A stretch of 64,000 bases of DNA from a virus. Numbering within the stretch: the first letter of the stretch is position 1; the number at the start of each line of letters is the position of its first letter. Made by a program: the position numbers and the translations under genes. The DNA lies in the IMG/VR virus record IMGVR_UViG_3300038379_000741, positions 12,941-76,940 of that record; one strand, given 5' to 3'. Positions 25,238 through 33,598 of the stretch are shown here, in pieces. A model generated the notes under the pieces. The model made no database searches and was not told where the DNA came from. It worked only from the letters and a program-made list of their open reading frames with translations.

Positions 25238-27195
25238 GCGAGTCGAGGTTCCACCCCGGCTTCCGGGTCCCCCTGAGCAACGGGGACAACGGCGTCGCCT
25301 GGCACCCGCTCTACGGGGCCATCAGCGACCCGTTCAACCAGCGGAGCGTCCCGAGCCCTCGGGCCCACGGGATCGCGTACCCGGAGCCCCTCGTTACCGA
25401 CCAGGGCGAGAGTCCCATGCGCCGCGAGCGCTCGCGGCCCGGCGGCGGGGCCCCTGACACGCGCCAGCTCGAGGGCCAGGTAGCGCCGCCGACCCAGATC
25501 GAGCGCTACCCCATCATCGTCGGCCGCAACCTTACGCTCGAGACCGTCTCGAGTCGGATGCGGCTCTGCCTCACCGGCTACCGCCAGCTCTACGTCGACC
25601 TACTCGACGAGCTGATCGAGCGCGACCCGCACTGCTACGCGGTCGTCGAGAAGCGCGCCACCACGATCGCGAACGCGGCCTTCAAAGTGGTCGCCCCGGC
25701 GCTTCCGGAGGAGGAGACCAAGTCGGGCAAGAAGCGGCCGCGCGTCTCCGCCTACCGGAAGGAAGCCTCCACTCGCCAGGACAAGGCTGACCGGATCGCC
25801 GACGAGTGCCAGCGCGACCTCGAGCGCGTTCCCCGCCTCAAGCAGCACCTCAAGTCGCTGGCTTGGGCCGACTACTGGGCCCTCTCGGGCACCGAGATGG
25901 TCTGGGGCCGCGACCAGCGCAGCAAACGTTGGAGGGTGACCGACATGGTCTTCCTCCACTCGCGTCGGCTCTCGTACCCGGACCCCTGGAATTGGGACCT
26001 CTACATCTGGGACCAGGGTGCCGTCATCGGCTCCCCCTACGGCGACGTCCGCCTCCCGCCCGGCATCTTTGGCTGGCGCGTCGCCGACTACCCCGGCAAG
26101 TTCGTCGTCCACTCCCCGCAGGTCCGCGGCAACTACCCGACCCGCGAGGGCCTCGGCCGCGAGCTGGCGTACTGGATGGTGCTCAAGCACATCGCCGCGC
26201 GCGCCGCCCCCAACTACCTCGAGCGCTTCTCGAACCCGCCGACCGACATCGCGTACGCGACCGCCAAGGAGGACGGTCTCCACCGGCCCGCCTCCGACGT
26301 CGACATCGCCGACGCCCGCGCCGCCATCCAGGCCGGCGTCATGCGCGCCTGGCTCCACCCCGACTCGCTGAAGTGGAACATCCTCAGCCCCGACGGCATC
26401 GGCGGCCGAGCGAAGGTGACGTTCACGGAGTGGATGAAGTACTGCGACGATCAGATGACCAAGGCGGTCCTGGGCTCCACGCTCGGCACCGACGCCGCCA
26501 CCTCGGGATCACGCGCCCTCGGCGACGTCCAGCGCAAGGACACCCTCGCCATCTTCCAGGCCTCCGCCGAGACCCTCGCCAACACCCTCGACGACTCCTA
26601 CGTCCGTACCTGGTGCGAGCTAAACTACCCGGGCGACGAGGACCTCTGGCCCCACATCCAGGTCAACCTCGAGGACGACCCCGACCCGATGCAGATCGTT
26701 TCGCGAGCCCTCAAGCTCGCCCAGGGTGGTGTCGCCGTCGACGGCGACAAGGTCGCCGAGGAGGTCGGGGTCCCGGTCGTCGCCGTCGACGACCCCGACG
26801 GTCGACCCATGCGGCCGATCAAGCCGGCCCTACCCACCGCGCCCCCGCAGGCTCCGCGCGTTCCCGGCAACACCCCCGAGGACACCGCCGCCGAGGCCGA
26901 GCAGGAGGCGAACGCGGCCACCCACTCCCACGTCCTCGAGGTCGCCCAGACCCGAACCCCCCAGCAGAAGGCCGCCGCCGAAGGACAGCCCGCCGCCCAG
27001 AAGGCCGCACCCAAGCCGGCCCCCAAGGTCGCGGCGTCCGAGGCCCCCGCCCTCACCTTCGCCCAGCGCCACTACCAGTTCTTGAGCGACCTGCGCACCA
27101 TGCGCGACCTCGGCTTCGAGATCACCGACGCCGAGGTCACCAGGCTCGCCGCCGAGCACGGGGTCCCCGCCCCCTCCAGGAGGAAGAGCACTTGA
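25234..27195 (+). CDS. Portal protein, Mu gp29/DUF935-like
   Basis: ERDPHCYAVVEKR, REGLGRELAY, YLERFSNP, YCDDQMTKAVLG and GSRALGDVQ motifs. Follows terL. Confidence 0.88.
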   Translation: MSESRFHPGFRVPLSNGDNGVAWHPLYGAISDPFNQRSVPSPRAHGIAYPEPLVTDQGESPMRRERSRPGGGAPDTRQLEGQVAPPTQIERYPIIVGRNLTLETVSSRMRLCLTGYRQLYVDLLDELIERDPHCYAVVEKRATTIANAAFKVVAPALPEEETKSGKKRPRVSAYRKEASTRQDKADRIADECQRDLERVPRLKQHLKSLAWADYWALSGTEMVWGRDQRSKRWRVTDMVFLHSRRLSYPDPWNWDLYIWDQGAVIGSPYGDVRLPPGIFGWRVADYPGKFVVHSPQVRGNYPTREGLGRELAYWMVLKHIAARAAPNYLERFSNPPTDIAYATAKEDGLHRPASDVDIADARAAIQAGVMRAWLHPDSLKWNILSPDGIGGRAKVTFTEWMKYCDDQMTKAVLGSTLGTDAATSGSRALGDVQRKDTLAIFQASAETLANTLDDSYVRTWCELNYPGDEDLWPHIQVNLEDDPDPMQIVSRALKLAQGGVAVDGDKVAEEVGVPVVAVDDPDGRPMRPIKPALPTAPPQAPRVPGNTPEDTAAEAEQEANAATHSHVLEVAQTRTPQQKAAAEGQPAAQKAAPKPAPKVAASEAPALTFAQRHYQFLSDLRTMRDLGFEITDAEVTRLAAEHGVPAPSRRKST

Positions 27196-27206
27196 CCGGC
27201 AACACC

Positions 27207-27659
27207 ATGACCTACGCGTCCGGCCTCGCCGCCTTCGGTACGGGGCGGGCCAACTGGGAGGCGGCGAGCGAGAGCTTCGTCGCCGTCCTGGTCGGCCCCG
27301 AGTACCGACCCACCCCCCGCCACGCCACCCTCGCCGACATCGTCGACGAGCTGCGCGGTGCCGGCTACAAGCGCCTCCCCCTCACCGGCCGCGCCGTCCA
27401 GCTCAGCGACGACGCCGCCCGCGTCCTCTTCACCGCCAACCCGGTCGTCTGGGACGACCTCGCCTCCCGCGAGCGCTACCGCTACGTCGTCGTCGCGCGC
27501 CAGGACGGGTCTGGCAAGGACTCCGAGAGCGTCCTGGTCTCCTGCATGGACCTCGGCGAGGAGTGCGTCAGCCTCGCCAACCTCAGCGAGCACGGCCTCC
27601 GCTGGGGCGGCTCGCGCGACCGCGGGGTCGTCTTCGCCCTCAGCGCGGCTCGGGTGTGA
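27207..27659 (+). CDS. Virion structural protein (150 aa)
   Basis: GYKRLPLTG...FTANPVVWDD, similar to the small beta-rich head/tail accessory proteins. Confidence 0.5.
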   Translation: MTYASGLAAFGTGRANWEAASESFVAVLVGPEYRPTPRHATLADIVDELRGAGYKRLPLTGRAVQLSDDAARVLFTANPVVWDDLASRERYRYVVVARQDGSGKDSESVLVSCMDLGEECVSLANLSEHGLRWGGSRDRGVVFALSAARV

Positions 27660-27916
27660 CGGTGCCCAAGAGTGACGACGGCGTGCGCTGGATCTCCGGC
27701 ACCGCGAGGCCCGGCATCGGGCTCCGCACCTTCCTGCGCCCCGGCATGACGGTCGAGCAGGCCGTCGACCACGAGGTCGCCGTCGACGCGCTGGCCCGGC
27801 TGCTCACCGAGAAGCTCGAGACCTGCAAGACCAAGGACGGCCGCGTCGACATGCGCGACGTCGCCCACGCCGTGCTGGCCGAGCTGGGCAAGAACCAGAA
27901 CCCGAGGGGACGATGA
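27656..27916 (+). CDS. Hypothetical protein (86 aa)
   Basis: Coupled ORF. Confidence 0.45.
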   Translation: MTVPKSDDGVRWISGTARPGIGLRTFLRPGMTVEQAVDHEVAVDALARLLTEKLETCKTKDGRVDMRDVAHAVLAELGKNQNPRGR

Positions 27917-28335
27917 AGAAGGCCGACGTCATCAAGCTCTACGAGGCCGAGATGGCCATGCTGGAGTCCAGCGAGGTCGCCGAGCTGGCCGCGGCCCGCA
28001 AGCTCCTCCGCGACTGCGAGGTCGCCGTCGTCGAGCACGAGCGCGGGGGGGCCCCACCGTCCGTCCTGGCCGCCCTCCAGAACCGCCGGGACGGCGCTCT
28101 CCGTCGGCTCCGTGCCGCTGAAAGCCCCCCGCCCCGCGCCCTCCAGGCGTTCCGCGGTCTGCGCACCCGCGTCCACGAGCAGCTCCAGGCCGAGGCCGGC
28201 GACCCGCCCGGGCTCGACGTCGAGGACCGCGACGAGGCCCACCACGTCCAGAAGAAGCACTTCAAGGCCATGTGGGTCCAGGCCGACGAGCTGGTCGCGA
28301 CCGCGGGCATCACCGCCAAGGGCCGTGCCACATGA
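27913..28335 (+). CDS. Hypothetical helical protein (140 aa)
   Basis: Coupled ORF. Confidence 0.55.
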   Translation: MKKADVIKLYEAEMAMLESSEVAELAAARKLLRDCEVAVVEHERGGAPPSVLAALQNRRDGALRRLRAAESPPPRALQAFRGLRTRVHEQLQAEAGDPPGLDVEDRDEAHHVQKKHFKAMWVQADELVATAGITAKGRAT

Positions 28336-28781
28336 GCATGTCGAACACGTCCGAGAGCAACATCCTCCAGCTGCTCTTCGAGAACACCAACTGGGCCAAC
28401 GTCGGGGACGCCACGGGCCTGCGCGGTTCCACGACCGCGGGCAGCTTCTACATCAGCCTCCACACCGCCGACCCCGGCGAGACCGGCACGCAGACGACGA
28501 GCGAGAGCGCGTACACCAACTACGCCCGCGTCTCTGTCGCGCGCTCCACCACCGGCTGGACGGTCTCGGGGACCGCCCCCACCCAGGCCGCCAACGACGC
28601 CGCCGTCACGTTCCCGACCTGCGGGGTCACGGGTTCGACGGTCACGCACTTCGAGATCGGCCGTGACAGCTCCGGGGCCGGAGAAAACATCCTCTACGGC
28701 CCGCTCGACGCGTCGCTGATCATCAACAGCGGCATCACGCCCAGCTTCGCCATCAGCGCCCTCAAGGGCACCTGCGACTGA
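28332..28781 (+). CDS. Virion structural protein (head/tail fibre-associated family, 149 aa)
   Basis: YISLHTADPGETG...YARVSVAR...VTFP...VTHF motif common in phage structural proteins. Confidence 0.65.
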   Translation: MSMSNTSESNILQLLFENTNWANVGDATGLRGSTTAGSFYISLHTADPGETGTQTTSESAYTNYARVSVARSTTGWTVSGTAPTQAANDAAVTFPTCGVTGSTVTHFEIGRDSSGAGENILYGPLDASLIINSGITPSFAISALKGTCD

Positions 28782-28784
28782 GAC

Positions 28785-29633
28785 GTGCTGCTACTCGCCA
28801 CCACCTCCGACAAGATCCAGCTCACGACGAGCAGCACCGCCAACACCGACGTCCACGCCTCCTTCGTCGACTTCGCCAGCGGGAGCACGACCCCAGGCCG
28901 CCAGAACACCCTCATCTCGTCGGCGGCGACCACGGACGTGGTCGCCTCCCCGGGTGCCAGCACGGTCCGGACCGTCAAGACCCTCACGGTCCGCAACCGC
29001 CACGCTAGCACGGCCCAGGACGTCACCGTCATCCACACGGACGGGACCACCGCCGTCGAGCTGATCAAGGCCACCCTCAACGCCGGTGACGCGCTCCACT
29101 ACGACGAGCACGGCGGGTTCACGGTCCGCGACCTCTTCGGGCGGATCAAGGAGCGGGACGACAACCTCCTTGCCACCGCCTCCCCGGACTTCACCACGGT
29201 CGTCCTGGGCTCCGACGTCGTCAACAACAACGGCACCGCGAACACGATCGCGGACGTGACCGGTCTGTCGTTCTCGGTCACGTCCGGGAACATCTACTGG
29301 TTCCAGTTCTACATCATGTACACCGCCAACGCGACGACCACGGGCTCGCGCTGGTCGGTCAACGGGCCCGCCTCCCCGACGTTCCTGCGCTTCAAGAGCG
29401 AGTACTCGCTGACGACGACGACGCGCACCATCAACGAGGGGTTGTCCGCCTACGATACCCCGGCGGGCGCCAGCGCCTCCAGCGCGGCCACCAACAGCAA
29501 CATCGCCTGGGTCGAGGGCTTCGTCCAACCGTCCGCCAACGGCACCCTCATCGCCCGCTTCGCCAGCGAGGTATCCTCGGCCGCCATCACGGCAAAGGCG
29601 GGGTCGGTCCTGTTCTGGCAGCAGGTTGCCTGA
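28785..29633 (+). CDS. Virion structural protein, paralog A (282 aa)
   Basis: Thr/Ser-rich and colinear with 29634-30494. Confidence 0.65.
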   Translation: MLLLATTSDKIQLTTSSTANTDVHASFVDFASGSTTPGRQNTLISSAATTDVVASPGASTVRTVKTLTVRNRHASTAQDVTVIHTDGTTAVELIKATLNAGDALHYDEHGGFTVRDLFGRIKERDDNLLATASPDFTTVVLGSDVVNNNGTANTIADVTGLSFSVTSGNIYWFQFYIMYTANATTTGSRWSVNGPASPTFLRFKSEYSLTTTTRTINEGLSAYDTPAGASASSAATNSNIAWVEGFVQPSANGTLIARFASEVSSAAITAKAGSVLFWQQVA

Positions 29634-30494
29634 GTGATCCTGCTCACGACCACCAGCGATGAGCTGCGGCTCGTCACCCGCGACGCGTCGTCCATTGACG
29701 TCCACGCCACCTACGCCGACCTAAGCTCGGGCGTGGTCACGCCGGGGCGGAAGAACACCGCGATCACGACGGCGACCACCACCGTCATCGCGGCTTCCCC
29801 GGCCGCCAGCACCCAGCGGACGATCAAGAAGGTCACGATCCGCAACAAGCACGTGACCCGGGCTTGCTGGGTCACGGTCGTGCACCGCCAGAGCGGCCCG
29901 ACCGACGCCGAGATCCAGACCGCCATGCTCGCGCCCGGGACCACGCTCTCTTACGAGGAGCACCAGCGCTGGCGTCGGCTCGCCGGGCCCTTCGGCTACC
30001 GCTCGCGCAAGAGCGACTTCGCCTCCACGTCGCCGGCGATAGGCCAGCTCTACACCCACTTTCTCGGCGAGGACGTCAGCAACGCGAACGCGACCGCTAA
30101 CCGCCTGCTCGACGTACCCGCCCTCGGCTTCTACGTCGTGGAGGGTCAGCGCTACTGGTTCCGCTTCGTCGTCATGTACTCCGCGGCGGCCACGACGACG
30201 GGGTCGCGGTGGTCGATCTACGGGCCTGGGTCGCCCACCGCCCTGCGATACGTCTCCGAGTATAGCCTCACGACGACGTCCAAGACCTCCATCGAGGGTT
30301 CCAGCGCCTACGACATCCCCGCCGCCGCGAACGCGACGAGCGCGGCCACCGGGCAGAACACCGCTTTCGTCGCGGGCTTCGTCGACACCCCCACCCAGAG
30401 CGGTAAGGTGTACCTCCGGTTCGCCAGCGAGGTCCTCTCGTCGGCCATCACGATCCTGCGCGGCTCGTGCGTGCAGTGGATGAGGACCACCTGA
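29634..30494 (+). CDS. Virion structural protein, paralog B (286 aa)
   Basis: Shares TTTGSRWS, SEYSLTTT and RFASEV with paralog A. Confidence 0.65.
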   Translation: MILLTTTSDELRLVTRDASSIDVHATYADLSSGVVTPGRKNTAITTATTTVIAASPAASTQRTIKKVTIRNKHVTRACWVTVVHRQSGPTDAEIQTAMLAPGTTLSYEEHQRWRRLAGPFGYRSRKSDFASTSPAIGQLYTHFLGEDVSNANATANRLLDVPALGFYVVEGQRYWFRFVVMYSAAATTTGSRWSIYGPGSPTALRYVSEYSLTTTSKTSIEGSSAYDIPAAANATSAATGQNTAFVAGFVDTPTQSGKVYLRFASEVLSSAITILRGSCVQWMRTT

Positions 30495-30495
30495 G

Positions 30496-31881
30496 ATGCC
30501 GAAGGGTGTATTCGACCCCGAGCTGATCCCGGGCGCGTGGGTCGACCCGGACCTCAACGAGCCGTCCCGCTTCGACTGGGACCTAGCCGACGAGGCCGCG
30601 GCCGGGGCGATCAGCGGCACTGCCTCGATCACGTTCGGGCAGTCGGGTAGTCTCGCCGGCTCCGGGGCCCTCGCGGGAACTGCCCCGGTCGTCTTCGACG
30701 AGTCCGGCAACCTCACGGGCTCCGGTGCCCTATCCGGCGGCGCTCCCGCCACGTTCGGGCAGCAGGGGACCGGCACGCTCGTCGCAGAGGCGTCCGGGGC
30801 CGCCGCCGCGACTTTCGGGCAGTCCGGCAGCCTCCAGGGCGACGGTGCCCTCGCCGGCACCGCCCCCACTCAGTTCGGTCAGCAGGGCTCGCTCCTCGGG
30901 GACGGGGCCCTCGCCGGCACCGCCCCCACTCAGTTCGGTCAGCAGGGCTCGCTCCTCGGGGACGGGGCCCTCGCCGGCACCGCCCCCGCGGTCTTCGGAC
31001 AGTCCGGCAGCCTCGCCGGCTCCGGGGCCCTCGCGGCCACCACCCAGGTCACCTTCGGCCAGTCCGGGGCGCTCGAGGGCGCGGGCGCACTGTCCGGCAC
31101 CGCCGCTGTCGTCTTCGACCAGAGCGGCGACCTCCAGGGCATCGCCGCGGGCGACATCTCCGGCACCGCCTCGATCGCGTTCGGGCAGTCCGGCGACCTC
31201 CAGGGCATCGCTCCCCCGACGCCGGCCGCGCGCGACACCTCCGGCGGGTCCGCCGGCTGGGCCTACAACCAGGCTGTCGCCAAGCCGATCCTCGACCTCT
31301 GGGACCTCCTCGAGGAGGAGCGGCGCCGGGCCAACCAATACGAGTACGAGCCCTGGTACCTCCCACCGTCCAGGCGCGCGACCCTACCGGCACTACCCCG
31401 CCGGCTCGCCACGTTCGTGGAGCCCCCGGTCGCGGCCGCGACCGCGCTCCCGACGCTCCCGACGACCGCGACCCGCACGCGCGACCTCCTCGCCGTCGCG
31501 CTGTCGGAGTGCCCCGGACCCTCAGCCACCTCCGTCGCCCAGGCCCCCGAGCCGCCCGTCATCCTGGCTGTTCTTCGGGAGCCGCGGGTGGTGTCGACGA
31601 TCACTCCATCTGCCGCCCAAGGCGCGAGCACCGGGCGACTCCCCTCCCTCGTCTCCCATCTGACGCCGGACCCGGGAGCGGCCCCCGCGCCCAGCTCCCT
31701 CTTCGTCGACGTCGAGCCCGCAGTCGCGCTTGCCATCCCGAGGAGTCCGACAACCGCGTCCCTCTCCGACCCACCCGCCGCAGTCCTGCTCCTCGAGCCC
31801 CCGCCGGGATACGGCGAGGCCGAGGACGAGCGCGAGACACGAGATCGGCGCGAGACGCGCCACGTCAAGCGGGCCGCGTAG
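30496..31881 (+). CDS. Repeat protein with ten ~20-aa Gly-rich units and a Pro/Ala-rich tail
   Basis: Units of the form GALAGTAPxxFGQxGSLxGx. Confidence 0.6.
   Translation: MPKGVFDPELIPGAWVDPDLNEPSRFDWDLADEAAAGAISGTASITFGQSGSLAGSGALAGTAPVVFDESGNLTGSGALSGGAPATFGQQGTGTLVAEASGAAAATFGQSGSLQGDGALAGTAPTQFGQQGSLLGDGALAGTAPTQFGQQGSLLGDGALAGTAPAVFGQSGSLAGSGALAATTQVTFGQSGALEGAGALSGTAAVVFDQSGDLQGIAAGDISGTASIAFGQSGDLQGIAPPTPAARDTSGGSAGWAYNQAVAKPILDLWDLLEEERRRANQYEYEPWYLPPSRRATLPALPRRLATFVEPPVAAATALPTLPTTATRTRDLLAVALSECPGPSATSVAQAPEPPVILAVLREPRVVSTITPSAAQGASTGRLPSLVSHLTPDPGAAPAPSSLFVDVEPAVALAIPRSPTTASLSDPPAAVLLLEPPPGYGEAEDERETRDRRETRHVKRAA
30841..30987 (+). repeat. 60-bp tandem repeat (~2.5 copies)
   Basis: Positions 30841-30900 and 30901-30960 differ at 1 nt, and a partial third copy follows. 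Confidence 0.95.
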
Positions 31882-31918
31882 GCCCTGTCACTCGACCCAC
31901 CAAGAGAAGGAACGACCC

Positions 31919-32428
31919 ATGCCCGCAACCGAACCGCAGTTCGCAGCCCTCAACGCCAACTACCCGCCGGCTGCCGGCGCGGCGCTGGCTGACCTCCTCC
32001 TGCGCACGCCCTTCTGGCTCCGACTCCCGATCGACTTCAACCTCGCGGACGCCGCCGTCCTCTACACCGTCCCGGCGTCCTTGCCGGGAGTCGCGGCCGC
32101 GGGCGTCAAGATGAACGTCGAGCGCGCCTGCTGGCACGTGGACACGTCGTTCACGGGCGGCATGGCGAGCGCGATCGGCATCAGCTCCGACGACGCCGAC
32201 TACAACACCAAGGGCGACATCCTCGGCGGCGCCGCCGGAGACGTCGCGGCCACGCTCGTCTCCACCGGCCGCTACCTCATCGGCGGCACCGTCGGCGCGA
32301 AGTTCGGCTCGAACGGCGCCGTCACCATCGCCTCCGGCAAGGTGATCCGCTTCGACCGCATCACCTCCGTCTTCACGACGGGAGTCGGGGCCGTCCACCT
32401 CCTCTGCTCGTTCGTCCCGATCCTCTGA
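31919..32428 (+). CDS. Virion structural protein (169 aa)
   Basis: AAGGAA RBS, beta-rich sequence. Confidence 0.6.
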   Translation: MPATEPQFAALNANYPPAAGAALADLLLRTPFWLRLPIDFNLADAAVLYTVPASLPGVAAAGVKMNVERACWHVDTSFTGGMASAIGISSDDADYNTKGDILGGAAGDVAATLVSTGRYLIGGTVGAKFGSNGAVTIASGKVIRFDRITSVFTTGVGAVHLLCSFVPIL

Positions 32429-32742
32429 TGAGCGGGCAAGCGCACTGGAAGCGCGACCGGCTCCGCCTCAACTGGGCGCTGACAGCCCTCGGGATCGACC
32501 TCGGGACCGAGAAGGATCCGGCGGTCCGCCTCTCTTGGGACGTCGGCGCCGCCGACGTCGCCAACGTCTCCGACAAGAGCTGGCTGCTCGAAGTGTGGAC
32601 CGACAACGGGGTCCTCTACGAGCAGCACGCGGCCTCGGGCGAGGACTGCCTCCGCGTCCTCGCCAATCGCCTCATCGCCGAGGTCGTCGCGGCTACTCAC
32701 ACCGATCCCCCACCCGAGATCGAGGTCAACGTCCCGACATGA
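32428..32742 (+). CDS. Hypothetical protein (104 aa)
   Basis: Coupled ORF. Confidence 0.55.
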   Translation: MSGQAHWKRDRLRLNWALTALGIDLGTEKDPAVRLSWDVGAADVANVSDKSWLLEVWTDNGVLYEQHAASGEDCLRVLANRLIAEVVAATHTDPPPEIEVNVPT

Positions 32743-33293
32743 GTGGAGAGCGCGGAAGCAAACAGCTCGACGGCCAGTACCCCGGACCTACCGGTCCGCT
32801 CCAGTCTTTCGTGGGCGCCATCACGCCGAGCGACACGGCCGTCTTCGACCCACCCCTCCGCGGCATCCGCGTCGGGGCGGCGGGTGCCGGTACCCTGGCG
32901 GTCCTGTACGCCGGGGACGGGGCCGCGACCGGTCCGATCCTCATGAGCGTGGACGCCGGCCTCGGCGAGTTTACGCGGCACGACTCCGGATCGTTCCTGG
33001 CGGACGGCTTCGCCGCCGGGCAGAGCGTCGTCACCACCGCCTTCCCGAGTGGCGGGAACAACACCACCAAGACCATCGCGGCGGTCTCCGCCGACGGCCG
33101 GAGATACACGGTCACCAACCTCGCCGGTCTCGTCACCGAGACGGGCACCGGGGACGAGACCGCCACCGTCAGCGCCAACAAGGACACCATCCCGGCCACC
33201 GAGGCCGCCAACGGCGCCCTCCTGCGCGACAAGCTGATCCGCATGGTCTTCGCGACCGGCACCACGGCCACGGGCCTCGTGGGGTACCGGTGA
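32739..33293 (+). CDS. Head spike-base-like protein (RcGTA Rcc01079-like) with internal insertion
   Basis: GAITPSD...RGIRVGAAGAGTL...RMVFATGTTATGLVGY. Confidence 0.6.
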   Translation: MSGERGSKQLDGQYPGPTGPLQSFVGAITPSDTAVFDPPLRGIRVGAAGAGTLAVLYAGDGAATGPILMSVDAGLGEFTRHDSGSFLADGFAAGQSVVTTAFPSGGNNTTKTIAAVSADGRRYTVTNLAGLVTETGTGDETATVSANKDTIPATEAANGALLRDKLIRMVFATGTTATGLVGYR

Positions 33294-33598
33294 GCGGCGA
33301 GCGCGGCTCCGTCCAGGTCGACGGCCGCAGGGTCGGCCCCAGCCAAGTCGGCGTCGACCAGCAGTACGTAGGCGCGATCACGCCCAGCGACGTCACCGTC
33401 TACGACCCGCCGCTCAAGAAGATCCGCGTGGGCGTCGCGGGGGCCGGCAACCTCGTCCTCGTCTACGCCGCCGACGACGAGTCCGTGGCCGCCAATCGCG
33501 ACACCGTCGCGGTCGCCAACAACCAAGTCGTCAGCGGCTTCCTGATCCGGCAAGTGCGGGCCGCCACCACCGCGACGACGCTGACCGGCTACCGATGA
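33290..33598 (+). CDS. Head spike-base-like protein, short paralog
   Basis: GAITPSD...KIRVGVAGAGNL...RQVRAATTATTLTGY. Confidence 0.6.
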   Translation: MSGERGSVQVDGRRVGPSQVGVDQQYVGAITPSDVTVYDPPLKKIRVGVAGAGNLVLVYAADDESVAANRDTVAVANNQVVSGFLIRQVRAATTATTLTGYR

